A stretch of 63,288 nucleotides of DNA, the filler included. It is 5 parts of 5 records of this genome, joined end to end, with 100 filler letters (N's around TTAATTAATTAA, not from the genome) between each part and the next. Parts side by side here need not be neighbours in the genome. Positions count along the whole stretch, not along the records: positions 1 to 29,747 come from SRR31156797_674; 4 more parts are not named here. The stretch is one strand, 5' to 3'. The notes under the pieces were generated by a model that was given only the letters and a program-made list of their open reading frames with translations, ran no database searches and was not told the origin of the DNA. Made by a program: the position numbers and the translations under genes. Positions 1-10,745 of the stretch are shown piece after piece (the first letter of the stretch is position 1; the number at the start of each line of letters is the position of its first letter).

Positions 1-1
1 T

Positions 2-1618
2 GGAGCTGTTTTTCAAAATTGGGCACAATACCTTTTGACCATGAAATATTTGTCTGAAATGACAGATGAGCAAACGTTGGTGATGTATTCCGGACACCCA
101 ATGGGTTTATATCCTTCTCACAAAGATGCGCCACGTGTTGTGGTTACAAACGGTATGATGATTCCAAATTATTCTAAACCGGATGATTGGGAAAAATTCA
201 ATGCGCTTGGTGTAACTCAATACGGTCAGATGACTGCTGGCTCTTATATGTATATCGGGCCACAAGGAATTGTACACGGTACAACCATTACTGTTTTAAA
301 TGCAGCAAGAATGATTGCTGATAAGGGAGATGCCACTAAACCAAGGTTGTTTATTACTGCTGGTTTAGGTGGAATGAGTGGTGCTCAGCCTAAAGCAGGA
401 AATATTGCCGGTGTGGTGAGTATAACTGCTGAAATTAATCCTGATGCTGCTTATAAACGTCAAGAGCAGGGTTGGGTTGATGAAGTAATTGAAGATGTAG
501 ATAAAACAATAGATACAGCTGTTGAATATCAGAATAAGAAAGAAGCACATTCTATAGCTTTTCTAGGAAATATAGTTGATTTGTGGGAGAGAATGGTAGA
601 GCGTAATGTATATGTTGATCTTGGATCAGATCAAACATCATTACATAATCCATGGGCAGGTGGTTATTATCCTGTTGGTGTTTCATTTGAGGAATCAAAT
701 AGATTGATGGCTGAAGAACCTAAAAAATTTAAAGAATTAGTTCAGGAATCATTACGACGTCAGGTTGCAGCTATCAATAGACTTGCTCAAAATGGAATGT
801 ATTTCTTTGATTATGGAAATGCGTTTTTATTAGAATCGAGTAGGGCAGGTGCTGATATTATGGCTTCAAATGGAATTGATTTTAAATATCCATCATATGT
901 TCAGGATATTATGGGCCCAATGTGTTTTGACTATGGATTCGGGCCTTTCCGCTGGGTATGTACATCAGGAAAACCTGAAGACCTTGAAGCTACAGATAAA
1001 ATAGCATCGGAAGTATTGGATGAGATTCGAAAAAGCAGCCCAAAAGAAATTCAGCAACAAATGGCTGATAATATCCAATGGATAAAAGGAGCTCAAGAAA
1101 ATAAGTTAGTTGTGGGTTCTCAGGCCAGAATTCTTTATGCTGATGCTGAAGGACGTATAAAAATTGCTGCTGCATTTAATAAAGCCATAAAAGAAGGCAA
1201 GATTGGGCCTGTCGTACTTGGTCGTGACCATCATGACGTATCTGGAACTGATTCACCTTTCCGTGAAACTTCAAATATTTACGATGGTTCACAGTTTACT
1301 GCTGACATGGCTATTCATAATGTGATTGGTGATGGCTTCCGAGGAGCAACCTGGATTTCAATCCATAATGGTGGTGGAGTAGGTTGGGGCGAAGTTATAA
1401 ATGGAGGCTTTGGAATGTTGCTAGATGGGTCTGATGATGCTGACCGTCGCTTAAAAATGATGTTACATTGGGATGTAAATAATGGTATATCTCGCCGTAG
1501 CTGGGCACGTAATGAAGGGGCCGAATTTGCCATTAAAAGAGCAATGGAGCAAGAACCAAGATTGAAAGTAACAATGCCTAATCATGCTGACGATAGTTTG
1601 ATTGATGAATTGTTTTAA
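2..1618 (+). CDS. hutU: Urocanate hydratase (long Bacteroidota/eukaryote-like type), 5'-truncated by the window edge
   Basis: Frame is open from base 2 (GAVFQNWAQYLLTMKYL). Urocanase motifs GQMTAGS.MYIGPQGIVHGT, GLGGMSGAQP, SDQTSLHNP, GRDHHDVSGTDSPFRET and HNGGGVGWG. Confidence 0.96.
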   Translation, partial: GAVFQNWAQYLLTMKYLSEMTDEQTLVMYSGHPMGLYPSHKDAPRVVVTNGMMIPNYSKPDDWEKFNALGVTQYGQMTAGSYMYIGPQGIVHGTTITVLNAARMIADKGDATKPRLFITAGLGGMSGAQPKAGNIAGVVSITAEINPDAAYKRQEQGWVDEVIEDVDKTIDTAVEYQNKKEAHSIAFLGNIVDLWERMVERNVYVDLGSDQTSLHNPWAGGYYPVGVSFEESNRLMAEEPKKFKELVQESLRRQVAAINRLAQNGMYFFDYGNAFLLESSRAGADIMASNGIDFKYPSYVQDIMGPMCFDYGFGPFRWVCTSGKPEDLEATDKIASEVLDEIRKSSPKEIQQQMADNIQWIKGAQENKLVVGSQARILYADAEGRIKIAAAFNKAIKEGKIGPVVLGRDHHDVSGTDSPFRETSNIYDGSQFTADMAIHNVIGDGFRGATWISIHNGGGVGWGEVINGGFGMLLDGSDDADRRLKMMLHWDVNNGISRRSWARNEGAEFAIKRAMEQEPRLKVTMPNHADDSLIDELF

Positions 1619-1633
1619 AGATACTTTTTGACT

Positions 1634-1690
1634 AAATGGAGATGGAGTTGGATGGATGTCTGACTCCATTTTCATTTTCTGCATTTTTTT
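1634..1690 (+). terminator. Intrinsic terminator after hutU
   Basis: AAATGGAGATGGAGTTGGA / TCTGACTCCATTTTCATTT stem with G-U pairs, followed by T-rich sequence. Confidence 0.7.
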
Positions 1691-1719
1691 GTTAATTTCA
1701 CAGTATCAAATATTTAATT

Positions 1720-2112
1720 ATGAGACTAGTTGTTGGTTTTCTTTTAGCTCTATTTGTTTTAATAGGCTGCGATAAGGATGATGATTATTCATCCATTTTA
1801 GGGGAGTGGTTAGTTGAAGAAACTGGGGTAATTTCTGATTATCATAGGTATTCAGTAAGTATTCAAAGAATGCCTACAGATAGTTCATTATATAAAATAT
1901 CTAACTTTTACCGAACTGGGACAGCTACAGAATTAATCATTGAATATGAAGATTTTACAATTGAAATTCCTGGACAACCATTAGGGAATTATTATGTGCA
2001 AGGCATAGGACAAGGTATAGTTCAAAGTGATTTTAGGAAAATTACATTTAAATACCAAATTATTGGTAATGCAATAAATGAAGAAGTGGTTGCTGAATAT
2101 ACCAGAAAATAA
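1720..2112 (+). CDS. Hypothetical lipoprotein
   Basis: Lipobox LIG-C followed by acidic DKDDD, typical of Bacteroidota surface lipoproteins. Beta-rich body. Confidence 0.7.
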   Translation: MRLVVGFLLALFVLIGCDKDDDYSSILGEWLVEETGVISDYHRYSVSIQRMPTDSSLYKISNFYRTGTATELIIEYEDFTIEIPGQPLGNYYVQGIGQGIVQSDFRKITFKYQIIGNAINEEVVAEYTRK

Positions 2113-2120
2113 TTCTTTGT

Positions 2121-2375
2121 TTAGTTGAAACGTTGTATAAAAGCTTCTAATTCGCTAATTCCGAAAGTGCGTACAAATCTTTTCATTTCTTTTTCTCCAT
2201 CAAAGAATATTACTGCAGGAACAGAAAAGAGTAATAATTGACCTTTCATTGCTTCGTTCTCATTTAGGTCAACGTATTCAAATGGGATTTGATATTTTTC
2301 TGCTAATTCAATTACTTTTGGTTTGAGTGATTTGCATATATTGCACTCCGGGGTAGAAAAGTATTTTATTTTCAT
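2121..2375 (-). CDS. Small thioredoxin-family protein
   Basis: FSTPECNICK CxxC motif and FSVP cis-Pro motif; 84 aa; follows ispF after 3 nt. Confidence 0.85.
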   Translation of the reverse strand: MKIKYFSTPECNICKSLKPKVIELAEKYQIPFEYVDLNENEAMKGQLLLFSVPAVIFFDGEKEMKRFVRTFGISELEAFIQRFN

Positions 2376-2378
2376 TGT

Positions 2379-2858
2379 CTATTCTGAAATAATTAAAACT
2401 GTAGCGAAGGCTTCAATACCTTCTTCTTTGCCAACAAAACCTAATTTTTCTGTAGTTGTAGCTTTCACTGAGACACAATCAATTTCAATGCCAAGAGTTT
2501 TTGAAATATTGGTACACATTTCATCAATGAATGGTTTTAGCTTAGGTTTCTGCATGGCAATTGTGGCATCAATATTACTAATTAAATAACCTTTCGATTT
2601 TACCATCTTATAGCTTTCTTCTAATAGTTTTAAACTATTGACATTCTTATATTTTGGGTCTGTGTCAGGAAAATGATAACCAATGTCTTTCAAGGCGGCA
2701 GCACCAAGTAATGCATCGGTAATGGCATGCAGCAATACGTCACCATCTGAATGAGCTACAGTTCCTAAGTCATATTGAATTGAAACACCGCCAAGTATCA
2801 GTGTTTCTCCTGATTCGAGGCGGTGTACATCATATCCTAATCCAGTTCTTATTTTCAT
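2379..2858 (-). CDS. ispF: 2-C-methyl-D-erythritol 2,4-cyclodiphosphate synthase
   Basis: G.GYDVH, AHSDGDVLLHA.TDALLGA, DIGYHFPD, VKATTTEKLGF. Confidence 0.97.
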   Translation of the reverse strand: MKIRTGLGYDVHRLESGETLILGGVSIQYDLGTVAHSDGDVLLHAITDALLGAAALKDIGYHFPDTDPKYKNVNSLKLLEESYKMVKSKGYLISNIDATIAMQKPKLKPFIDEMCTNISKTLGIEIDCVSVKATTTEKLGFVGKEEGIEAFATVLIISE

Positions 2859-2859
2859 T

Positions 2860-4053
2860 TTAAGGCTGAGCTATTGCATCTATATTAAATAGTAAGCTAA
2901 AACGAATTGTATTTTTGAGTGGATTGTTGGCGGTTGTTGGGATTAAATATGCAACGTCAATTCCAAATACATTTAATCTAAATCCGGTACCAACAGTAAA
3001 ATATTTTCTATTTCCTTTTTCTTGCGGCTCGTAGAAATATCCAGCTCTGAATGCTAATTTTTTGTCATACCAGTATTCAATACCAATAGAGGTATTAATT
3101 TCTTTAACTTCTTCCTCGAAAGGTGACATGCCATTTACACCAGGTGCATCATAGAATGATTCAAATATTGCAACAGGAACTGAAACTTCACTTGTTTCTT
3201 CAACAATCAGGGTAGGTTCTCCACCGCTTAAGGTATCACTTACATAAGTTGTTGTAGGTGCTAATAATTTATTGAACTCAACAGTTGCTCCAATGGAATT
3301 GTATTCATCTATTTCATACATAAATGCTCCACCCAATCTTAGGTTCATTGGTAGGAAGTTTTTGATATCGTCCGAGTATGTAATTTTTGAACCCAGGTTG
3401 GTTAAACTTAGACCGTAATTCATTAACGCGTTTTGACCATTTACTCTTAGTTCTTTTGTGTAAAACATACCTAAGTCAAATGCATAAGCATTTCCTGGTT
3501 TTGTTTGGGATGAGGACCCAGTAAGATTTGAATGAATAAATTTTGCTGAAATACCCATGGCAAAGTGTTCGCCAAGTTTTCTACCATATGATCCGGTAAT
3601 CGAAAACTCATTTGGGTTAAAAGTATTCAAATCGTTTCCACTTTCATCGGTGAATTGTATGTCACCCAATGAAAAATATCTAATTGAACCACCAATTGTT
3701 TGGTTTTCATCAATTCTATAATGAGCTGTTAAATATGATAAGCTAATATCATCTACTAATTGTCTTAACCATGGAGTATATGAAACACTAGCTCCAAAAT
3801 TGTTTCCAATAAAACCTAGTTTGGCAGGGTTCCAGTATATAGATGCTTCATCAGGTGTTGTTGCTACACCAGCATCACCCATACCTGCTGATCGTGAGTC
3901 AGGTGCAATCATTAGAAATGGAACAGCTGTCCGTATTGGGTTATATTTTCTGCTTGCAAGTAAATCTTCAATAGTTGTGTTTTGCCCAATAAGATTGCTT
4001 ATAATCAGCGTGTTAATTAGTAAGAGTACTGATGTGATTTTCAAAATTTTCAT
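2860..4053 (-). CDS. porV: T9SS outer-membrane shuttle PorV
   Basis: TAVPFLMIAPDSRSAGMGDAGVAT, SYTPWL, KGNRKYFT and NPLKNTIRFSL motifs; porU-porV-ispF synteny. Confidence 0.93.
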   Translation of the reverse strand: MKILKITSVLLLINTLIISNLIGQNTTIEDLLASRKYNPIRTAVPFLMIAPDSRSAGMGDAGVATTPDEASIYWNPAKLGFIGNNFGASVSYTPWLRQLVDDISLSYLTAHYRIDENQTIGGSIRYFSLGDIQFTDESGNDLNTFNPNEFSITGSYGRKLGEHFAMGISAKFIHSNLTGSSSQTKPGNAYAFDLGMFYTKELRVNGQNALMNYGLSLTNLGSKITYSDDIKNFLPMNLRLGGAFMYEIDEYNSIGATVEFNKLLAPTTTYVSDTLSGGEPTLIVEETSEVSVPVAIFESFYDAPGVNGMSPFEEEVKEINTSIGIEYWYDKKLAFRAGYFYEPQEKGNRKYFTVGTGFRLNVFGIDVAYLIPTTANNPLKNTIRFSLLFNIDAIAQP

Positions 4054-4100
4054 TATCGTTCTTTTTTGAATAAGGATACAAAATTAGTCTTTTTTTGGAA

Positions 4101-7100
4101 TTATCGTAATATTACAAGCTTTTCAAATTTCTCGCCATTTTTTCCATCTGGGGTAGATAATCTTACTTTATAAATGTAAACGCCTCTTCCAATGGGATCA
4201 CCAAAGTCATCCCTTCCATCCCAAACGATGGGATTATTCATATATTGTGTACCGCTAACGGTAGTTTCCATTGTTTTAATTAATTTTCCGGAAACAGTAA
4301 ATACTTGTATTCTAACATCAATAATCTCATTTGGTTGATTATGTTCAAATAAGAAACTGGTTTTTGTGGTAAATGGATTAGGATAGTTTAATACATGCTC
4401 AAGTACAACCTCTTCGGAATTAGCTACTACAAATTCAATAAGGGTTTTTGAGGAATTATTTAAAATATCCCAGGCTTTTACTTCAATTGTATGTTGTCCT
4501 TCTTCCAGATTAATTAGCTGGTATTCAAGTGTTCCTGATTGATAGCTATTTAAGTCATTTTCATAAAAGTCATTTAATACAATTTTGTTTAAAATGTCAT
4601 CATTTAACGTGGCAGTTAAATCATGTCCAATAACGTTTCCTGTAGTATTTACTCCATATTCATCAAACAATTTTGCAATTAATAAGGGCGATTCATCTAC
4701 TGTACCTCCGTTTATGAATGTTGTGTCGTTCATAAATAATGAGATTTGAGGACCATTATTGTCATTTACATTAACAGTATCGGATCCTCCTACAATATAA
4801 TTATCAAAATGGCCATATGCGTCTGTTTCGCTATTTTCAGCATAATATGATATTTTTCCCGGGCCATATTCATAGTTTATATCTATAGGTACGATGAAAT
4901 CAAAACGGAACGATCCATTTTGTACCGATGCCTTTCCTTTGTATATGATATTGCTATATTCATCATATGTATATGCGCCCAATGAGTTTTGGTCGTTATT
5001 TAATGTTGTTTTGTTTTTGAGTTTGTCATAAACTATTGGGTAAATTGTACCATTGAAATTGATTTTACTACTACTGGAGTCAGTAATGTGACCGTGGATT
5101 GTAATCTTTTTTAATGCTTTTAATGTATCAGTAATTATGCTATCTGGCTCATTTACAGCCAGATTTCCATTTATTGAGTCTGTGATTATTCTCATTGGAG
5201 GAACATCTAATCTCAAAGCTGGGTTCCCAAATAGGGTGAAATTTCTCATATTAGGACCATTTGTTAGGTTTTTAGTAATTTGAATAACTTCTCCTAACGT
5301 TTTATATGAACCATCTTCATTTGGTTTGAAGATATTGTTGTAAAAATTTCTGCTTAATGATTGATTCGAGCTACCAAAAACCACCCGCGTTGTTGAAAAT
5401 AGCGTAATAGCACCCCCATTTTCTTTTAGTAAAATGGCTTCACCAAGAGATTGATTGTTTTTATTATCGTATCTGCTTACCTCGCATGAACCGGTCATAA
5501 AGAATGGTAATTTCTCATTGCTCCAACCTTTTACTGTATTCTTATCTAAAATAGCCTCATGAGCCAAACGTTCTTCGCTACCATGGCCGGTATAGTTAAA
5601 TACCAGAGTTCCACTATGAATGTGTCCATTGATTGCTTTGGTTACTTCCGGGTATCTTTCTCCTGCAGGTGTTGATTCTTGAGGGTAAGCATCCATGAGA
5701 ATTAATTTAGGATTCATCCATTTGTAATTGTCCCTTATGATTTTGGCTAATTCGTAAGCGTCAGTTTGAAGGTAATGATCACCAGCATCGGCATCATCTC
5801 CAACAAAAACCAGATTATTTTTCCAGGGCCCAAGATTTGGGTTTTGCATATAATTTAAGGTCTTTTCCAAAATAATATCAGCTTGTCTCGTGCTATTTAC
5901 AGGAAACCTACCTACACCCATATCCAGACTTCCATTTAAAGTATCATCAAATTCATCTCCACCTTCTCCTTCGTCTAGCATTACATAAAAATCATCAACA
6001 GCAGCAGATTGAAATCCATTTATAATTTTAGTTTCAAAAGTTGGTAAATAATTCGTGTTATCAGAAATTGAAATGTTATCGTATGATCCATCGCCAAAAA
6101 GTAGTAAATGTTTAGGACGTTCTTCTTCATTTGAAGCTTTATCGTATAGTGTTTTTAGGAAATTTCGAATAGCCGTTGCATCCTGGTTACCACTTGAAAA
6201 TTCGTTATAAATTAACTGGGGTTCAATTACCAAAACAGTTAAGTCATCGTTTTCTCTGTGGTAATTTGCTAAATCTTCAGCTTGACTTCTGAAATCAGGG
6301 TGTGTAACAATAATGAAATCATAGAATCCAATGCCATGCAGATCTTGATTTTCTATACTACCTTCAAATGTTGGAGATAAGGCGTTATCTGATTCAAAAA
6401 CAATGAAAAGATTTTGTTCGTCTCCTGGTTTATTGAAACTATATGAATCATTACCATTGCTTGTCTTTGCTAATATTACCGGGTTTCCTGCATTATTAAT
6501 ATTCCAGATCATTGCTTCTGCAGGTAATTCAGATATTTCATACTTAATAATGGAGGAGTTGCCAATATTTGAAACATCCTGCATTATTTGTTGCTCATTA
6601 TTGTATACCATTTGTCTTTTTGCGATAGCTTGTAAATGTCCTATATATCCTTGAGCTGTAACATTTGTTGAGCTATATTCAAAAGTAAAATCAAATTCAT
6701 CATTCGCAGGGGTAGCATTAATTGTAAATGTTGACCCTCTACCTTTGTCATAAGAACCACTCTTTTGTATTGAAACCTGACTTAAAAAGTTGTCATCCAG
6801 TGAATACAACATATACGAATTTACACCAGAACAGATGGCTCCCACTTGAGCGCTAAATTGAATTTGAGTTGATTGGACTAAGTTTGGGAAGTTAAAACTA
6901 ATCGTTTGTTGATCACCTGGTTGTAATGGTTCCCCAAAAAATATTCGCCCTGTATAATTAAGATTGTTATCTCTATAATTGACCAGTTGAATATCTGTAA
7001 ATTGGCTCACTGTTGCAGCTGGTGTTTGAGAATTGTAGTCTGCACTCGTAATTTGGGTTGCAGGACCTTTTGAAGTAGTAATAAAATAATGTCCTTTTAA

Positions 7101-7874
7101 CGAATAATCATGCTCCTGTAAAATAATTTCTCCATTTTCAAAGGTATGTCTGTTTTGCACCCCTTGCCCGTAAAATAATATGAAGTCACCACTATTGAAG
7201 ATGCCATCATCTCCCACATTCATATAAATAGGTACTTCAGGTAATTCATATGGATCATCTGAGCTTACTCTGAAAGAGAGTTGCTTACCTCCAAAACCAT
7301 AGATTCTAATATTTTCAGGATTTTCTAATCCCCAACTTGATATTTGACTATAAGTAATTTTATAAACTCCATTTTTTTCAACGCTGATTTTTTTCCAATC
7401 TCCAGTATTTAAAACAGAATTGGTTGGATAATTTTTCGCTTTTACAGGATTTCTTTCACGATTAAGTTTAACTTCAATATCAGCCTTTTCTAAAACATGA
7501 TAATTTCCATTTTGATTAAATGCAGATGAAATCCAAATTTGAGCCTGTTTTTGCTTTTCTGTTATTATAACTCGATACTTAGTGCTTATTTCATTGGGGA
7601 TATTATTATTTAGTATATCATTGAAAAGAGACCATTCTTTAGCTTTAATGTTAGAAATATTAATATCTTCAATTTCTGAATTCATTGGCAACTTTAAAGT
7701 TATAAAATGAAAAGGCAGATTGGGTGTTTCATCAAAATAATATACCTCCTTGAACAATGGCTTATTAATTTTCGAATCATTATACCAATCATTTGAAATT
7801 GAATAATTGATGGCATTCTGACTATAAATATTCGATGAGAAAACTAGAAAAATGATAAATGCTAAATACTTCAT
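4101..7874 (-). CDS. porU: T9SS sortase PorU (peptidase C25)
   Basis: SVLNTGDWKKI, IYNEFSSG, LLLFGDGSYDN, NYTGHG and TGSCE catalytic region, D..GP.I.L.MND, and a type A CTD (NYPNPF...GVYIYKV). Confidence 0.93.
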   Translation of the reverse strand: MKYLAFIIFLVFSSNIYSQNAINYSISNDWYNDSKINKPLFKEVYYFDETPNLPFHFITLKLPMNSEIEDINISNIKAKEWSLFNDILNNNIPNEISTKYRVIITEKQKQAQIWISSAFNQNGNYHVLEKADIEVKLNRERNPVKAKNYPTNSVLNTGDWKKISVEKNGVYKITYSQISSWGLENPENIRIYGFGGKQLSFRVSSDDPYELPEVPIYMNVGDDGIFNSGDFILFYGQGVQNRHTFENGEIILQEHDYSLKGHYFITTSKGPATQITSADYNSQTPAATVSQFTDIQLVNYRDNNLNYTGRIFFGEPLQPGDQQTISFNFPNLVQSTQIQFSAQVGAICSGVNSYMLYSLDDNFLSQVSIQKSGSYDKGRGSTFTINATPANDEFDFTFEYSSTNVTAQGYIGHLQAIAKRQMVYNNEQQIMQDVSNIGNSSIIKYEISELPAEAMIWNINNAGNPVILAKTSNGNDSYSFNKPGDEQNLFIVFESDNALSPTFEGSIENQDLHGIGFYDFIIVTHPDFRSQAEDLANYHRENDDLTVLVIEPQLIYNEFSSGNQDATAIRNFLKTLYDKASNEEERPKHLLLFGDGSYDNISISDNTNYLPTFETKIINGFQSAAVDDFYVMLDEGEGGDEFDDTLNGSLDMGVGRFPVNSTRQADIILEKTLNYMQNPNLGPWKNNLVFVGDDADAGDHYLQTDAYELAKIIRDNYKWMNPKLILMDAYPQESTPAGERYPEVTKAINGHIHSGTLVFNYTGHGSEERLAHEAILDKNTVKGWSNEKLPFFMTGSCEVSRYDNKNNQSLGEAILLKENGGAITLFSTTRVVFGSSNQSLSRNFYNNIFKPNEDGSYKTLGEVIQITKNLTNGPNMRNFTLFGNPALRLDVPPMRIITDSINGNLAVNEPDSIITDTLKALKKITIHGHITDSSSSKINFNGTIYPIVYDKLKNKTTLNNDQNSLGAYTYDEYSNIIYKGKASVQNGSFRFDFIVPIDINYEYGPGKISYYAENSETDAYGHFDNYIVGGSDTVNVNDNNGPQISLFMNDTTFINGGTVDESPLLIAKLFDEYGVNTTGNVIGHDLTATLNDDILNKIVLNDFYENDLNSYQSGTLEYQLINLEEGQHTIEVKAWDILNNSSKTLIEFVVANSEEVVLEHVLNYPNPFTTKTSFLFEHNQPNEIIDVRIQVFTVSGKLIKTMETTVSGTQYMNNPIVWDGRDDFGDPIGRGVYIYKVRLSTPDGKNGEKFEKLVILR

Positions 7875-8143
7875 TTATTTCAACTTTAAAATGGATTGAT
7901 TAAGTCAATTAATTAAATAATTGTGCAATACTAATAAGTTATCTTTTATTATGTGTGACAATTATTAATAAAAAAAGATCGTTTAAAATAAAAAAATATC
8001 AGATATTGCGATAATTCGGAATTTAAACGCCAATTTATTAAACATTATTGCAAATAAAACATGCTATTTTTAATACGTCTAAAAAAAGTTTAATGACAAT
8101 AGTATTTGCTATTTTTAAATAGTTTTGCACAAAAAAGATTACT

Positions 8144-9097
8144 TTGAAAAGTTTGCAGCATATATTAATAAGCTTTGTTGGAATATTTTGGATGGTAAAT
8201 ATATCAATTGCCCAGGATGTTACTTTTTCACAATTTTATAAAAATCCTATATACCTAAATCCTTCATTAACAGCATTGCAAACTTGTGGGCGTGCATTTA
8301 TTAATTATAGAAATGCTTCTTTTGGGCCTCTTACAAATACTGCCTATAGTGTTTCTTTTGATATTCCTTTTAGATCAACTAATTCCGGACTTGGAGGCAG
8401 ATTCCAGTGGGTTGAAGATGGAATGGTGCGGGATGGATTTTTTGGAGCTCAATTCAGTAGAAAAGTTAGTATCAAAAAAGATTTTTTCTTAACACTGGGA
8501 ATGGAAGCAGGAGGTTTACTGAGAACTTACAATATGGCTGATGCAATTTTACCTTCGGATTTAACCAATTCAGGAGGAGCGTCTGTAATAAAACCACCTA
8601 CTAGTTTATCATATGACATTGCCGCAGGTTTGGGTTTAAACTATAAAATACATTATGCAGGTTTTGCTGTTAGGCATTTAACAGAATCGCAACCTAAGTC
8701 AATTATTGTAAATAGTCAGTTGTATCGTAAGTATATTTATCATTACGGAGCAAGGATTAATTATAAATTACCCGGGCGAAATCACGGGTTTTTTGCCCCT
8801 CATGTTATTTTTGAGCATCAAAAAGGTAACAATCATGTAACAACTGGCGTATACGCTACCTATAATAAAGTTGGAGCAGGATTATGGTTAAGAAATCATT
8901 TTCCGTTTCAAACGAGTACAATGGTCATTATGGGAACAATAAAAAGTACTAATATTGAGTTTTCATACAGTTATGATATACCTATCAACGGTTCCGGTAT
9001 ATTTTCTGGTGCTCATGAGGTTGCTCTAACTTATTATATATCAGACTTTAAGGAAAAGCGAGATGATGTAAAAACTAAGAATTGTTTAAGTTTTTGA
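8144..9097 (+). CDS. PorP/SprF family T9SS membrane protein
   Basis: AQD..FSQFY.NP.YLNP, NYRN and SYSYD...GAHE motifs; TTG start. A TAGTTTTG -7-like box lies at 8120-8127. Confidence 0.85.
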   Translation: MKSLQHILISFVGIFWMVNISIAQDVTFSQFYKNPIYLNPSLTALQTCGRAFINYRNASFGPLTNTAYSVSFDIPFRSTNSGLGGRFQWVEDGMVRDGFFGAQFSRKVSIKKDFFLTLGMEAGGLLRTYNMADAILPSDLTNSGGASVIKPPTSLSYDIAAGLGLNYKIHYAGFAVRHLTESQPKSIIVNSQLYRKYIYHYGARINYKLPGRNHGFFAPHVIFEHQKGNNHVTTGVYATYNKVGAGLWLRNHFPFQTSTMVIMGTIKSTNIEFSYSYDIPINGSGIFSGAHEVALTYYISDFKEKRDDVKTKNCLSF

Positions 9098-9127
9098 GAA
9101 ATTGTATCAAAATAGTAGGTTTTTGTA

Positions 9128-9135
9128 TATATTTG
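9128..9135 (+). promoter_or_regulatory. Bacteroidota -7 promoter element upstream of gldJ
   Basis: TATATTTG matches TAnnTTTG, about 25 nt before the ATG. Confidence 0.5.
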
Positions 9136-9160
9136 TAGAACGAACATAAATAGGAAAACT

Positions 9161-10645
9161 ATGAAAATTCGAGCATTCAATTTATTATTATTTGCAGGTG
9201 TTTTAGCACTGGTATCCTGTAATAATCCGAGGAACTCCTCAAGTGTAACAGGATGGGATTATGGAGAATCCGAAAATGGGGGATTTGAGAGATCACAATT
9301 TTGGTATGGTCAGGAGACCGGACCAGGTTTGGTCTTAGTTGAAGGTGGTACTTTCATTATGGGACGTACTGATCAGGATGTTATGCATGAATGGGATAAC
9401 TTCCCACGTCAGGTAACGGTTTCTTCTTTTTATATGGATGAATCAGAAGTTAGTAATATTAACTACAGAGAATATCTATATTGGTTACGTCGTGTATTTG
9501 TAAGTTATCCGGATGTGCATGAGAATGCATTGCCAGATACACTGGTTTGGCGTAGACCACTAGCTTACAACGAACCTTATGTTGAGTATTATTTCAGACA
9601 TCCGGCTTATGAGGATTATCCTGTTGTAGGTGTAAATTGGTTACAAGCTAATGATTTCTGTCAGTGGAGAACTGATAGGGTGAATGAAAAGATATTAATT
9701 GATGCCGGAATATTATTATGGGATGCAAACCAGCAAGACGATGCTAACTTTAATACTGAAGCTTATTTAGCAGGACAGTATGACGGAGCCATTGGAGAGC
9801 AGATTCCAGATATGGATCCAAATAAAGATTCCAGAAGAGTTCGTATGGAAGATGGTTTATTGCTTCCTAAATACCGACTCCCAACTGAAGCTGAGTGGGA
9901 ATATGCTGCGCTTGCTTTAATTGAAGAGTCTGTAGGTGAAAGAGTATACCAAAGAAAAATTTACCCATGGGTAGGTGACAGGATGCGTCGTGAAAAATCT
10001 TCAGAAGAAGGTGAAATGCGCGCAAACTATGTGCGCGGTGCTGGTGACATGATGGGTGTTGCAGGTGCATTAAATGATGAAGCTGATATAACTAATGAAG
10101 TAATTTCATATTGGCCAAATGACTTTGGCTTGTATAATATGGCAGGTAATGTGAACGAGTGGGTACTTGATGTTTACAGACCAATGACATATGTGGACTT
10201 TAGTGAATTCCGTCCATTCCGTGGTAATGTGTTTAAAACACAAGTGCGTGATGCTGAAGGAAAAATTGCTCGAAAAGACTCTTTAGGTCGTATACAATAT
10301 CGTCCTGTTAGTGATGAAGAGGCTTATGGTAGAAGAAACTATCGTCAAGCAGACAATATTAACTACATGGATGGTGACCTTGCTTCAAGTATCTATTATA
10401 ATAATGAAGATGCTGCTGTTGGTGAAGGAAGTCAGCGAATGTACTATACAGGTAAAAATCTTGAAGATCCAAATGCAACATCACTAATTGATGACCATAC
10501 AAGAGTTTATAAAGGTGGTGGTTGGAGAGACCGTACATACTGGATGAGTCCTGGTGCAAGAAGATATTTGCAAGAGGATGACGCCAGAGATGATTTAGGT
10601 TTCCGCTGTGCAATGACAAGGTTAGGGAAGCCTGCAACCTATTAA
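9161..10645 (+). CDS. gldJ: Gliding motility lipoprotein GldJ (FGE-sulfatase fold)
   Basis: Lipobox LVS-C, GPGLVLVEGGTF.MG, ALPDTLVW, YRLPTEAEWEYAA, NDFGLYNMAGNVNEW and GFRCAM motifs; lies between porU and murF, the conserved gldJ position. Confidence 0.88.
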   Translation: MKIRAFNLLLFAGVLALVSCNNPRNSSSVTGWDYGESENGGFERSQFWYGQETGPGLVLVEGGTFIMGRTDQDVMHEWDNFPRQVTVSSFYMDESEVSNINYREYLYWLRRVFVSYPDVHENALPDTLVWRRPLAYNEPYVEYYFRHPAYEDYPVVGVNWLQANDFCQWRTDRVNEKILIDAGILLWDANQQDDANFNTEAYLAGQYDGAIGEQIPDMDPNKDSRRVRMEDGLLLPKYRLPTEAEWEYAALALIEESVGERVYQRKIYPWVGDRMRREKSSEEGEMRANYVRGAGDMMGVAGALNDEADITNEVISYWPNDFGLYNMAGNVNEWVLDVYRPMTYVDFSEFRPFRGNVFKTQVRDAEGKIARKDSLGRIQYRPVSDEEAYGRRNYRQADNINYMDGDLASSIYYNNEDAAVGEGSQRMYYTGKNLEDPNATSLIDDHTRVYKGGGWRDRTYWMSPGARRYLQEDDARDDLGFRCAMTRLGKPATY

Positions 10646-10670
10646 TGAATGCTCAATAGCTTTAATATAC

Positions 10671-10701
10671 AAGGGATTATCATGTGATAATCCCTTTTTT
10701 T
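10671..10701 (+). terminator. Intrinsic terminator after gldJ
   Basis: AAGGGATTATCA-TG-TGATAATCCCTT followed by a T-run. Confidence 0.85.
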
Positions 10702-10745
10702 CTTAGGTAACGCCTAGATTTTACAATAATTTATATCTTTACTTT